The translations under genes were made by a program, and so were the position numbers. The notes beneath the pieces were generated by a model, which made no database searches, was not told the DNA's origin, and was given only the letters and a program-made list of their open reading frames with translations. 64,000 nucleotides of DNA, from contig RFQR01000001.1 of NCBI GenBank assembly GCA_009924895.1, forward strand, positions 15,575 through 79,574, in the 5' to 3' direction. This document shows positions 17,386-27,416 of this stretch, one piece after another. The first letter of the stretch is position 1. Every line of letters starts with the position of its first letter. The DNA is from a bacterium (lineage in GTDB: Bacteria; Patescibacteriota; Minisyncoccia; Phycocordibacterales; UBA2100).

Positions 17386-17414
17386 TTGACAATATTCAGT
17401 ATACACATTATAAT
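17386..17414 (+). promoter_or_regulatory. consensus sigma70-type promoter (TTGACA-17-TATAAT). The -10 region is palindromic (ATTATAAT), so it may also act on the minus strand for queA.
   Basis: Read from the sequence. It is followed at +40 by GAGAGGAAC-N6-ATG of the 17454 ORF. Confidence 0.4.
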
Positions 17415-17666
17415 ATTAATTGAAAATGTCGCTCAACTTGAGAGGAACAGGTCATGCGCACTTGGCTTTTCTACAAGACGAAATTAATCGACGGGGCGTA
17501 CGAAGTCGACATTCGGAGAGTGGATTACCAAGGAATCTCCGAGTCGTTCCCGGCTGCGTTGAAGCGTGCAGCAGTATGCGCTAACGAACTCAATCTCGAA
17601 CGCGCTATCGAAATGATGGTGCGGGCAGCAGGATGGGTAGGTGAACCGCCCCGGTCCGCCGATCAT

Positions 17667-18806
17667 CTACAACTCCCCGTTCTTGATCTGTTTTCGGATA
17701 TGCTTCGCAAGCGCATTGAAATAATACAGATTATGCATGGTGGCAAGTTTCATTCCCGTGAGTTCATGTGTGCGCAACAGGTTTGAAATATAAGAACGAG
17801 TATACGTTTTACAGACCGGGCATGAGCACTTCGGGTCAATTGGTTTGAAATCTTGTGTCATCATCGCTTTTTTAAGGTCGAGTTTGCCTTTACTGGTGAA
17901 GGCAGTGCCGTGGCGCGCATAGTGCGTCGGAGCGATACAGTCAAAGGTATCGATGCCAGCGCGCGCAGTGTAGGCAAAATCTTCTGGATGCCCGACGCCG
18001 AGAAGGTGGCGCGGCAAATTTTTTGGCAGCGCATCAGTGACTGCGCCGACTACTTTTTCCATCGCTTTTTTGTCATAGCCGAATTCGCCTCCGATGCCAA
18101 AGCCATCAAAGCCCATACCGCCAATAATGCGTGCACTCTCAAGGCGCAGGTGAGTAAAACCTCCACCCTGTACGATTCCGTAGAGACCTTGCTTGGTCTT
18201 TTTTGCGTCGAGGCACATTTGTGCCCAGCGGTGTGTCTTTTCGAGCGACTGCTTCATGTACTCCTCGTTTGCAAGTGGTGACGGACACTCGTCAAAAGCA
18301 AACATGATATCAGCGCCGATTGCTTCCTGGATTTTTATTGATTCTCGGGGGCTCAAGAACAGTTTGTCGCCATTAATAGGAGAGCGAAACTCGACACCAT
18401 CTTCACCGATTTTAATCTGTGATGGTTGCTGTTTAGTTTCGATGCTTTTTTCTTTTTCTTCTTTCAAAATTTTACCGACGCCATGGTCGCGTCCAAAACC
18501 AAATGAAAATACTTGAAAGCCACCACTATCAGTCATTACGGGTTTTTTCCAGTCCATATAGCCGTGCACACCGCCTGCCTTTTTTACGATTTTCTCGCCC
18601 GGGGTGAGGTGGAGGTGGAAGGTGTTTGAAATGAGCATTTGACTCCCGAGTGCTTCTATTTCGCGCGTGTCGAGCATGCGCACTGAGGCGCGCGTCGCGA
18701 CCGGAATAAACGCCGGCGTCTCCACTTCACCATGGGGTGTTTTCAAAATACCAAGACGCGCCCGGGACTTTTTTGATTGCTTGAGTAGTCTAAAGCTTAC
18801 TGACAT
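17667..18806 (-). CDS. tgt: queuine tRNA-ribosyltransferase
   Basis: MSVSFRLLKQSKKSRARLGILKTPHGEVETPAFIPVATRASV aligns with the Tgt N-terminus. C-terminal zinc site CSCPVCKTY...H. The ORF track begins 24 codons earlier. Confidence 0.9.
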   Translation of the reverse strand: MSVSFRLLKQSKKSRARLGILKTPHGEVETPAFIPVATRASVRMLDTREIEALGSQMLISNTFHLHLTPGEKIVKKAGGVHGYMDWKKPVMTDSGGFQVFSFGFGRDHGVGKILKEEKEKSIETKQQPSQIKIGEDGVEFRSPINGDKLFLSPRESIKIQEAIGADIMFAFDECPSPLANEEYMKQSLEKTHRWAQMCLDAKKTKQGLYGIVQGGGFTHLRLESARIIGGMGFDGFGIGGEFGYDKKAMEKVVGAVTDALPKNLPRHLLGVGHPEDFAYTARAGIDTFDCIAPTHYARHGTAFTSKGKLDLKKAMMTQDFKPIDPKCSCPVCKTYTRSYISNLLRTHELTGMKLATMHNLYYFNALAKHIRKQIKNGEL

Positions 18807-18867
18807 GTGCACCACCTTACTATCATTCAGCCTTTCGCTCAACCGTCTCACGAAGTATGATGATGCT

Positions 18868-19602
18868 ATGAATGACACGACCTATATTTATGGCAAGCAC
18901 ACCGTAGAGGAAGCAATCAAGATGCACCCGCATCGTATCGAGTGTGTGTATGTCGGACCACATGAAAAAGAAATCATAGGGCTTGCGCGTAAGAAAAATG
19001 TCCGTATCGAATCACTCGATATGCGCGCGCTTTCAAATTTTGAGGACGTGAATCACCAACATGTTGTTGCTCTGGTAGAAGTACCCGCTCCACTTACTCT
19101 CGAAGCTTTTCTTCATGACCGAGAAATTACCGCACATACTGCGCTCGTTCTTCTCGCTGAAATCCAAGACCCGCACAATGTGGGTGCAATCATCCGTAGT
19201 GCAGCGGCTTTTGGCGTCTCTGGTATTCTTATTCCTGAGCGAAGACAGTCGCCAATAACGGGAACTGTCGCCAAAGTATCAGCGGGCATGGTATTTGCGG
19301 TCCCCACGATTGCAATCGGAAACATTAATCAAACACTCGGCGCCTTAAAGAAACATGGTTTTTGGATCTATGGCCTTGCCGGTGAGGGACGTAATCCTTT
19401 GCCCGCCGAGAGATTCGACGCTCCGGCAGTGTTTGTGATTGGGAACGAAGGGGAGGGATTACGCGAAAAAACCCAAGAGCACTGTGATATCGTGCTTTCC
19501 ATACCGATGCATCCGCAGTGCGAATCTTTGAACGCCTCTGCCTCTGCCGCTGCAGTGTTATATGCGTGGAGTGCCCAACACCCCCAAGCTCTTGCAAAAT
19601 AA
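18868..19602 (+). CDS. SpoU/TrmH-family RNA 2'-O-methyltransferase (RlmB-like)
   Basis: IQDPHNVGAIIRSAAAFG. GNEGEGL. SLNASASAAAVLYA SPOUT motifs. The likely start is MNDTTYIYGKHTV. Confidence 0.8.
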   Translation: MNDTTYIYGKHTVEEAIKMHPHRIECVYVGPHEKEIIGLARKKNVRIESLDMRALSNFEDVNHQHVVALVEVPAPLTLEAFLHDREITAHTALVLLAEIQDPHNVGAIIRSAAAFGVSGILIPERRQSPITGTVAKVSAGMVFAVPTIAIGNINQTLGALKKHGFWIYGLAGEGRNPLPAERFDAPAVFVIGNEGEGLREKTQEHCDIVLSIPMHPQCESLNASASAAAVLYAWSAQHPQALAK

Positions 19603-19830
19603 TAGTTTCGTGAGCTGATATTTTACCCACCCCTATTTTTTGGCTTAATCTCCCTTAGCGGCTGAGGATCATGTTTTTGTGACTTGCATGAAAATGCCAA
19701 AAGCACACGATTATAGTGTTATTAGTTTAAACGAACACTACTATGTTCAATCCGCCTCAGAAGGGTGGTCCCCAGAAGGGAGGCCCTGCAAAGTAACTGC
19801 CTGAACTCATGCCGCGGCGTGAGGAATGGA

Positions 19831-19852
19831 AGAGGCGGCGACGGCCGCCTCT
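19831..19852 (+). terminator. strong hairpin (9-bp stem AGAGGCGGC/GCCGCCTCT, loop GACG) 18 bp upstream of the DHODH-like start. Candidate attenuator or terminator.
   Basis: Read from the sequence. It is followed by TGTGTT. Confidence 0.4.
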
Positions 19853-19869
19853 TGTGTTAGGATAAACTT

Positions 19870-20943
19870 ATGCTGCATACGCCATTTTACGACCCGACAA
19901 AGACTTACTACGATAATCTGCACCATGGTCCATTTGGTGCGTTTGCTGACACCGACATAGTTGAGATAGGGGAGCCTCGATTTGATTTTTGCGGTCAAAA
20001 GATTTCGTACCCGCTCGGGATTCCTGCAGGGCCACTTCTCGACAGCAAATTTGTCTCGGCAGCGTTTCAAAAGGGCTTTGATGTGCCAGTGTATAAAACA
20101 GTACGTTCACGAGAATTTCCCTGTCACTCGTTTCCAAATGTGTTGTCAGTACGCGTTGACGGAGATCTTACTTTAGAAAAAGCGACGACACCACTTGTCG
20201 CGGATGCAAATTATGGCGAACCTCTTTCAATCACTAACTCTTTTGGTGTACCGTCACGTCCGACAGATGAGTGGAAAGCTGATGCAAAAAAGGCTGTTAA
20301 CGCTGCACGAAAAGGCCAGGTTATGGTGATGAGTTTTATGGGTACGGTTCAGGAAGGACAGACACCAGATCAGTTCGTTGCTGATTATGGAGAAGCTGCA
20401 AAACAATCACTCGAGACCGGTGCAAAAATACTCGAGACAAATCTTTCGTGTCCAAATATTGGAAATGAAGGACTGGTCTGTTACAACCTTGACATGACAG
20501 CAAAAGTAGCGAAAGCGATACGCGATACAATCGGTTCGATACCGCTTATTTTGAAGGTGGGATATTATCGAGATGGTGCTCAGGTGCGTGAGCTTGCTGC
20601 AATCACAAACGAATACGCCGATGGTATTTCTTTAATCAATACTATTCAAGCAACGATTGTAGATGAAAAAGGGAATCAGGCCCTTCCGGGAAAGATGCGC
20701 GCTAAAAGTGGTGTCTGTGGTGCGACCATAAAGTGGGCGGGTCTTGAAATGACCGAGAAGTTGATCCAAGCGCGCGATGCGCTCGGTGCAAAATTTGCCG
20801 TGATTGGCTGTGGAGGGGTTACGGTGCCTGCTGATTTTAAAGAATATCGCAAGCGTGGCGCAGATGTTGTGATGAGCGCGACAGGTGCGATGTGGAATCC
20901 ATTTCTTGCTGCTGAGATTCGTGCTCTGTACCCACACGCATAA
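19870..20943 (+). CDS. dihydroorotate dehydrogenase family protein (class 1-like)
   Basis: LGIPAGPL. ETNLSCPNIGNEG (the NxSCPN active-site motif). VIGCGGV. Confidence 0.65.
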   Translation: MLHTPFYDPTKTYYDNLHHGPFGAFADTDIVEIGEPRFDFCGQKISYPLGIPAGPLLDSKFVSAAFQKGFDVPVYKTVRSREFPCHSFPNVLSVRVDGDLTLEKATTPLVADANYGEPLSITNSFGVPSRPTDEWKADAKKAVNAARKGQVMVMSFMGTVQEGQTPDQFVADYGEAAKQSLETGAKILETNLSCPNIGNEGLVCYNLDMTAKVAKAIRDTIGSIPLILKVGYYRDGAQVRELAAITNEYADGISLINTIQATIVDEKGNQALPGKMRAKSGVCGATIKWAGLEMTEKLIQARDALGAKFAVIGCGGVTVPADFKEYRKRGADVVMSATGAMWNPFLAAEIRALYPHA

Positions 20944-20948
20944 AATAT

Positions 20949-21503
20949 ATGAACCGAAAATCACGACTTTTTCTCGATGCCACCCTCATTGTAGTGGGAA
21001 TAGCATGTGCTTTTTTTATCGGAAGTTCTGATTTTGGTGAGCACCTTGGAGCGCTTGATACGTTGCAATTGTATGTGGGGAGCTTTGTTGCGGGTATATT
21101 TTTCACCTCGTTTATAACGATTGCCCCAGCTTCTGTTGCGTTTGCGGAACTTGCGCCTCATGCTTCGACTCTCGAAATCTCATTTTTTGGAGCACTCGGC
21201 GCTGTTATTGGAGACCTTACTATTTTTCTTTTTATTCGCGATCGATTGGTAGAGGATGTGATGCACTTTATCTTGATTCCGCAAGGAAAACGGTGGCGAG
21301 CGCTGTTGCGTCGCAAACACTTACGCTACCTCATGGCGTTTCTCGGTGCGCTCATAGTGGCATCACCGCTTCCTGATGAGATTGGTCTTGCGATGATGGG
21401 TATCTCTCGAATGAAAACCTCTCTTCTTGTTCCTATTGCGTTTGTGACTAATTATATTGGAATTGCTGCGCTTATCACACTGGTTCATGCGATTGCGGCC
21501 TAA
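20949..21503 (+). CDS. polytopic membrane protein, unknown function
   Basis: 184 aa with 4-5 hydrophobic helices. Confidence 0.4.
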   Translation: MNRKSRLFLDATLIVVGIACAFFIGSSDFGEHLGALDTLQLYVGSFVAGIFFTSFITIAPASVAFAELAPHASTLEISFFGALGAVIGDLTIFLFIRDRLVEDVMHFILIPQGKRWRALLRRKHLRYLMAFLGALIVASPLPDEIGLAMMGISRMKTSLLVPIAFVTNYIGIAALITLVHAIAA

Positions 21504-22485
21504 AGTACTGCCACGTGCCAAAGAGGCTATCGCTCGAAACATTTTTCCCGGATGTGTCATTGGCTCTCTGTGTAATGGGGTACGAGAAGTAGAAGCGTTC
21601 GGGTCGCTTTGTCAGGATACAGAGGAGGTACAGCCCAACACGGTGTATGATTGCGCATCAATTACGAAATCGGTCGTGACAGCTACACTGGCGCATCAGT
21701 TATTGGACGAAGGAAGAATTAGTCTTGATACCAGGCTCATTGAACACGTGCCGGAGTATGCCGCACGATGGCGCGATGAAATCACGGTGTGGCACTTACT
21801 CACGCATACGGTAGGTGGCTACGCACTGTCGCAGTGGAAGGAAAAGAGTGCAAAAGAAATAGAGCAGCTCGTGATGACGACGGATTTTGCGTGGCGACCG
21901 GGGGAGCGATATGCGTACGGTAATGTTTCCTCACTTCTCCTCGGTCTCCTACTAGAGAGGGTGCTCGGAAAGTCGCTTCTTGATTCTGCCCGTACTTGTA
22001 TCTTTAAACCATACGATATGAAACAAAGCTCCATGATTTCAACATCGTATTCATGCGCCCCGGCTGAGATTGTTGACAGTACTGAAGTGTGCGGAGTTGT
22101 GCATGACGAGAGTGCTCGTATGTTTGCTCGCGAAAGGAGGGCGGTGGGACACGCCGGACTTTTTTCTACCGCAGATGACCTCCTTACGTTTGCTGAAGCT
22201 TTTATGAAAGGCGAAATCGTATCGAACGGAATTATATCTGTGCTCCAAAAAAATCAGATTGAACATCTCGGGTCTTCGACCGGATTAGGATGGGAATTAC
22301 ATCAAGAATGGATGGGTAATTACACCAACGCTATTGGGAAAACTGGTTTTACCGGTACGAGTATTCTTATTGACCGCGCGCAACAAAAAGCATGCGTGAT
22401 TCTTTCGAACCGAACGTATCCTCGGCGGCCTACTGATAGCAGGACCATAACTGCGTTTCGCAAAGCGGTGCACTGTTCTTTCTAA
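21457..22485 (+). CDS. beta-lactamase-family serine hydrolase
   Basis: S-x-x-K motif in CASITKSVV. Length and composition fit the PF00144-type fold. The start codon is uncertain because it overlaps the upstream gene. Confidence 0.65.
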   Translation: MELLRLSHWFMRLRPKVLPRAKEAIARNIFPGCVIGSLCNGVREVEAFGSLCQDTEEVQPNTVYDCASITKSVVTATLAHQLLDEGRISLDTRLIEHVPEYAARWRDEITVWHLLTHTVGGYALSQWKEKSAKEIEQLVMTTDFAWRPGERYAYGNVSSLLLGLLLERVLGKSLLDSARTCIFKPYDMKQSSMISTSYSCAPAEIVDSTEVCGVVHDESARMFARERRAVGHAGLFSTADDLLTFAEAFMKGEIVSNGIISVLQKNQIEHLGSSTGLGWELHQEWMGNYTNAIGKTGFTGTSILIDRAQQKACVILSNRTYPRRPTDSRTITAFRKAVHCSF

Positions 22486-22611
22486 ATCAAAAGAGGCTCT
22501 GAAGAGTCTCTTGAGAAAAGTGCTGATGGCCTCGCGCCACACCCGTCCAAGACAGGCCACCAGCTAGGCGTCTCGGCGGGTAACTAAATCTATACAGAGT
22601 ATAGCACAACG

Positions 22612-23172
22612 CTACGCGCGTTCAACGTACTCACCGGTTTGTGTGTTGATGCGAACGACGTCGCCCATCTCTACAAACATGGGGGTGTTTACCGTGGCGC
22701 CAGTCTCCAGCGTGACTACTTTGTTGCCACCTTGTGCGGTATTACCTTTAATATTCGGTGGTGCTTCAACGACTTTCAATTCGACTTTTGCCGGGAGTTG
22801 AACGGCAACAGGATTATCCTCAAACGTAAGTATGGTGACCTGGGTGTTTGCCTTTAGCCACTGGAGCTGCTCACCGACAACGTCTTGGGGAAGAGAAAAG
22901 CGCGATGATTTGTCACCAACGTAATGGAACCAGACTTCACCTTTGCCTGTAAATATGTAGATCGCCTCTTTTTTAGCAACATCAGCTTCTTCGAGTTTGT
23001 CAGATTGTTGAAATGAGTACTCGATGGTATTTCCTTTTAAGAGGTGGCGAAGCTTGGTTTGATTGACGGGGCGGCGCTGCTGTTTTTGCATGATATTGTT
23101 CCACACCACCACATATGGTTCACCCTCGACTAATACAATTACCCCTGGCTTTGCATCGTTATAGTTCAACAT
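22612..23172 (-). CDS. efp: elongation factor P
   Basis: 186 aa, a full-length EF-P-like sequence. Confidence 0.9.
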   Translation of the reverse strand: MLNYNDAKPGVIVLVEGEPYVVVWNNIMQKQQRRPVNQTKLRHLLKGNTIEYSFQQSDKLEEADVAKKEAIYIFTGKGEVWFHYVGDKSSRFSLPQDVVGEQLQWLKANTQVTILTFEDNPVAVQLPAKVELKVVEAPPNIKGNTAQGGNKVVTLETGATVNTPMFVEMGDVVRINTQTGEYVERA

Positions 23173-23218
23173 GCGGCGTATTGTAGGCGTATTTTGTCAT
23201 TTGTCCACCACGTGTAAG

Positions 23219-23508
23219 CTACATCTTCTCCAAGTCTTCGGTCCACGAATCGCCCAAATATGTCTTGAGTGATGATTTTAACTTTTGAAACGCATCGTCA
23301 TCGAGAAGGGTTTTTGATAGTGTGAGCGCTGTTTTGAGTGGAAACGTGGACCCGATTTCTCCTCGAATGATACTATCAGCACGTCTGGTTATCTCCTCAA
23401 GGTTTCCCTGTACGATTGCGGGATTTTTCGCATGTGCAATCAGTTCTCGAATTGTTTTTGGAGATTTGTCTTCGGATTCTCCCCCTGGTTTTGTTCATCA
23501 AGTGCCAT
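23219..23508 (-). pseudogene. small ORF directly downstream of recA (recX position), interrupted by a frameshift at a G5 homopolymer
   Basis: ATG at 23508-23506 starts 2 nt after the recA stop and reads MALDEQNQGE... A +1 G in the G5 run (the complement of CCCCC at 23481-23485) joins an 87-codon frame that ends at TAG 23219-23221. Confidence 0.3.
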
Positions 23509-23510
23509 AT

Positions 23511-24578
23511 TTATTCATCTGATGACTCTCCGCCGCCTTTTGCAGTAAGTCCACCTTCATTAAGTCCCTTTCTGATAAGTTTGAGGAGCTCGTTGAGAAT
23601 GGGTTTGTTTTCGTGGAGGAAGGTGCGTGCAGCGTCATATCCGCGACCAAGCTTGTGCTCACCGTACTGATACACACCGCCAGAGGATTTGGAGATCAGT
23701 CCCATCTTTTCGCCGAGGGCCAAAACCTCGCCTTCTTTTGAGATACCTTCGCCGTAAAGCATATCAAATTCTACTTGTCGGAAGGGGGCGGCGACTTTAT
23801 TCTTCACGACTTTCACACGGTGTCTACCACCCATAACCTCGTCACCTTTCTTGATTTGGGCGATACGACGCACATCGATACGAACTGAAGTATAGAATTT
23901 GAGCGCCTTGCCACCCGGAGTGGTTTCAGGGTTACCAAACATCACGCCAATTTGCATGCGGATTTGGTTGATGAAGATGACAACGGTTTTAGTCTTTGCA
24001 CAAATTGCCGTAAGCTTACGGAGTGCTTGCGACATAAGCCGTGCTTGTTTGCCCACATGCTGTGAACCCATATCGCCCTCGATTTCATCTTTGGGAGTGA
24101 GCGCTGCAACTGAGTCAACAACGATGACATCTATCTTTCCACTGCGGACGAGTGATTCGACAATCTCAAGTGCTTGTTCACCGTTATCTGGTTGGGAAAC
24201 GAGAAGGGAACTGATGTCGACGCCAAGTTTCTTTGCATATTCAGGATCGAGTGCGTGCTCTGCGTCGATAAATGCACAGATGCCACCCTTTTTTTGTGCT
24301 TCGGCAACAGCGTGAAGACAGAGTGTTGTTTTACCCGAACTTTCGGGGCCAAAAATTTCAATGATGCGTCCGCGGGGTAAGCCGCCGATGCCGAGCGCCC
24401 AGTCGATGCCGATAGAGCCGGTTGGGATTGCGTCAATATCGACTTTTGGCGTCTCACCAAGCTTCATGATTGAATCGTCTCCAAACTTCGTCTTAATTTC
24501 TGAGAGCGCTCGCTCGATGTCCTTGTCAGAACCAGTACCTACTTCTTTCGGAGGAGCCTTTTCTTTCTTTGCTTTCAT
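23511..24578 (-). CDS. recA: recombinase A
   Basis: Walker [10 protein letters not shown] and a full-length RecA-like sequence. Confidence 0.95.
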   Translation of the reverse strand: MKAKKEKAPPKEVGTGSDKDIERALSEIKTKFGDDSIMKLGETPKVDIDAIPTGSIGIDWALGIGGLPRGRIIEIFGPESSGKTTLCLHAVAEAQKKGGICAFIDAEHALDPEYAKKLGVDISSLLVSQPDNGEQALEIVESLVRSGKIDVIVVDSVAALTPKDEIEGDMGSQHVGKQARLMSQALRKLTAICAKTKTVVIFINQIRMQIGVMFGNPETTPGGKALKFYTSVRIDVRRIAQIKKGDEVMGGRHRVKVVKNKVAAPFRQVEFDMLYGEGISKEGEVLALGEKMGLISKSSGGVYQYGEHKLGRGYDAARTFLHENKPILNELLKLIRKGLNEGGLTAKGGGESSDE

Positions 24579-24620
24579 ATGATGTATTTCAGGTTAGGCT
24601 AATAGGAGCAGTGTACGTCC

Positions 24621-25016
24621 TTACGGCGCGGGGGCAAGTAGCGGTGTGGACGATGAAATAGGGGCGATGACCAGGGGTTCATACTGCACCTCTATTATTT
24701 TTTCTGTTCGGGTACCGTATTTATCGACTGCCGAAAGAAGAATTTGATTGTATCCTACATATAACACGTACGGAGATTGGAACGATCCGTCTTCTGCGAC
24801 TGAAATTTGCTTTCCATTCATAAAAAGAGATGCGATGTTCTCGGCTTTTCCTTTGACAACAATAAGGGGATCGTGAACAAGGGTTTGTTTGGCGGGAACG
24901 GTAATCGAAGGCCCGTAGAGGAGGGCACGCGCCTCAAAATAGGCATATCCAACAAGGCATATAAAAAAGAGGGTAAGTATCGCAGTCGAAAATCGGGTTT
25001 CTCGATACGGGAGCAT
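24621..25016 (-). CDS. membrane-anchored hypothetical protein
   Basis: 131 aa with an N-terminal TM helix followed by a beta-rich domain. Confidence 0.4.
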   Translation of the reverse strand: MLPYRETRFSTAILTLFFICLVGYAYFEARALLYGPSITVPAKQTLVHDPLIVVKGKAENIASLFMNGKQISVAEDGSFQSPYVLYVGYNQILLSAVDKYGTRTEKIIEVQYEPLVIAPISSSTPLLAPAP

Positions 25017-25018
25017 AG

Positions 25019-27265
25019 CTACGTTTTTGCGATCTCCTCGCTCTCTGTTTCAGAGTCTGTTTCGGACGATTCTTGCGCCAATTCATCAGCATTACCGGCG
25101 CCAATCACTTCACGAGGCTTAGCTCCGTCGCCGGGGCCAATGACACCCCGATCTTCAAGAATGTCTATGAGGCGTGCGGCACGTGAATAGCCCACCTTTA
25201 ATTTACGCTGAAGGTAGGATGTCGATGCCTTACCAGCCTCAAGAACTGCCGCCCTTGCTTCTCCATACAGTTCATCTTCCTCATCGTCATCCACGATTGA
25301 TGAGAAGATGGCGTCGGTACCGCTGCCCACTTTTCCTGCTTCTTCAAAATTAATCTCACTCGGTAGCTGCCCTTCGGCAAGTTTAGCAAGGTGTGCGGCA
25401 ACCCTCTTTACTTCTGATTCAGAAATGTATGGTGCCTGGATGCGCACCGGCTTCGACATGTCACCCGAGAGGAAGAGCATGTCACCGGCACCCAACAGTT
25501 TTTCAGCGCCGCTCATATCAAGAATAGTACGTGAGTCTATTTGCGATGATACCTGCAACGCGACTCGCGCGGGCACGTTGGCTTTAATGAGACCAGTGAT
25601 GACTTTGACCGATGGTCGCTGAGTGGAGAGCACCAAGTGAATACCAACGGCACGGCTCATTTGAGCGAGACGAACGATACCTGCTTCCAGTTCGCGCGGA
25701 TATGCTTGCATGATGTCGGCGAGCTCGTCGATGATGACCACTATATAGGGCATGGCTTCCGGCAACTTTTCTCCTTCTTCTCCGGTTGCTGTGTCCAAAG
25801 CAGGCTTCACGATGTTAGCGTGGTACGAACCTATGTCGCGCACTTTTTCTGTTTCAAGAATCCCATACCGTCTATCCATTTCTTTTGCGAGCCACTTGAG
25901 CGCGAGGATTGCTTTCTTTGCATCCGTTATAACCGGGGTAAGAAGGTGGGGAATGGCGTTATAGAGCGTGAGCTCGACGCGCTTAGGATCAACCATGATA
26001 AAGCGAAGTTTGTCAGGTCCACAGCGATAGAGAAGAGAGACAATAAAGTCATGAATGGTTACGGACTTACCGGCGCCGGTAGCACCCGCAACGAGCATGT
26101 GAGGCATCTTTGCAAGATCGGCAAAGTGAGGAGTCCCCGTGATGGAGCGACCGAGAGCAATAAGAAGCGGTTTCTCTGATTGTGTGAACTGCGGGTCAGT
26201 AAAAATCGGAGCAAGGCCGAGCGTGGTGCGGGCGATATTTGGTACCTCGATACCAACAAGCGATTTGCCGGGAATGGGTGCTTCGATGCGTACCGGAGAA
26301 GCAGCGAGGGCGAGTTCAAGGTTTGATTGTAAGGCAACGATTTTTGCAAGGCGCACCCCCTCTGCTGGTTTCATCGAATAGCGGGTAACGGTAGGACCAA
26401 TTGATGCTTCATCCATCTCGACCGTGATGCCAAAATTTTGCAGTGTGCGTTTGATGATGTTCATATTACCTTTTACATCACCAACCTCGGGCTTGCCTTT
26501 ATTTTTTGAAAGCAGGGAAACGGGCGGTGCTTCATACTCGCCGGCACTCGCCGCAAAAATTGGAAAGCCAGCAGACTCTTCCGAGTCATTCATCGTAATC
26601 CTTGCCTTCTTCTCTTTCGGCAGCGGCTCTTCTCCTACCTCATCTTCTTGGGGAGGCGGCACGCTCTCTGCATTTTCTTCAGGCTCAGTTTCACCCAAAG
26701 GAACGTTCACCGTTGCCTCTTCAACATCGCGTTTACCAAACTCTTCTTCCTCGCGTACGGGAAAGAGCATGGTGTAGAGTCGGCCGAACAAATGTCCTAT
26801 ATGCGTATCAAACGAGATGATAAGTGAAGCGATGATAAAGGACACCAAAAAAATGACGGTTGCTGCGGTGTCAACAAACGGTACGAGTGTCGATGAGATG
26901 AGATATCCGAGGAGTCCGCCTTGACCCGGGAGTGCTATCTCCACGAGCCCGAGTGATGTGAGGAGAAAGAGCAGCATGCACAATGCCTGCACCCACCCAA
27001 AGTGCCGTTCAAAGGTACGAATGAGAGCGATTGCAAGAAGTACCAATGAAATGGGGAGGAGTAAGTAGCCAACACCAAGAAGATACGAAACCCCCGCATA
27101 CACAAGCACTCCGAAACTACCGCCCCCCTGGAAATCTGCAAGCACCAAAAAGCCGGCAATCGCAAGAGAGAACACGGCAGCAACACCGCGAAGTGCATCA
27201 GAACTAATGCTGCGTAGACGCTCTTCCTCATCAAGCTTTTGTCGTTTTACAGTTCGTTTTGCCAC
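25019..27265 (-). CDS. ftsK: DNA translocase FtsK/SpoIIIE
   Basis: N-terminal TM segments. Walker A VAGATGAGKS. C-terminal gamma wHTH. The start appears to be GTG. Confidence 0.9.
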   Translation of the reverse strand: MAKRTVKRQKLDEEERLRSISSDALRGVAAVFSLAIAGFLVLADFQGGGSFGVLVYAGVSYLLGVGYLLLPISLVLLAIALIRTFERHFGWVQALCMLLFLLTSLGLVEIALPGQGGLLGYLISSTLVPFVDTAATVIFLVSFIIASLIISFDTHIGHLFGRLYTMLFPVREEEEFGKRDVEEATVNVPLGETEPEENAESVPPPQEDEVGEEPLPKEKKARITMNDSEESAGFPIFAASAGEYEAPPVSLLSKNKGKPEVGDVKGNMNIIKRTLQNFGITVEMDEASIGPTVTRYSMKPAEGVRLAKIVALQSNLELALAASPVRIEAPIPGKSLVGIEVPNIARTTLGLAPIFTDPQFTQSEKPLLIALGRSITGTPHFADLAKMPHMLVAGATGAGKSVTIHDFIVSLLYRCGPDKLRFIMVDPKRVELTLYNAIPHLLTPVITDAKKAILALKWLAKEMDRRYGILETEKVRDIGSYHANIVKPALDTATGEEGEKLPEAMPYIVVIIDELADIMQAYPRELEAGIVRLAQMSRAVGIHLVLSTQRPSVKVITGLIKANVPARVALQVSSQIDSRTILDMSGAEKLLGAGDMLFLSGDMSKPVRIQAPYISESEVKRVAAHLAKLAEGQLPSEINFEEAGKVGSGTDAIFSSIVDDDEEDELYGEARAAVLEAGKASTSYLQRKLKVGYSRAARLIDILEDRGVIGPGDGAKPREVIGAGNADELAQESSETDSETESEEIAKT

Positions 27266-27416
27266 AGACGAATCATACCACCCAATGAACGTAAAAAAGC
27301 GGGGTAATCAAAGGACGATTAACGGACAGGTTACTTGCATAAAGTGAAAAACAAGGATATAACAAAAGACGTAATAAAGGACTTCAAAAGTCAAAAATAG
27401 AAGTCCTTAAAAAACA

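Noticed and set aside
17454-17786. Calling the 110-aa antisense ORF a CDS
   Set aside because: It overlaps the well-supported tgt C-terminus by 120 nt. Only the promoter and RBS are reported. Coding status needs expression or conservation data.
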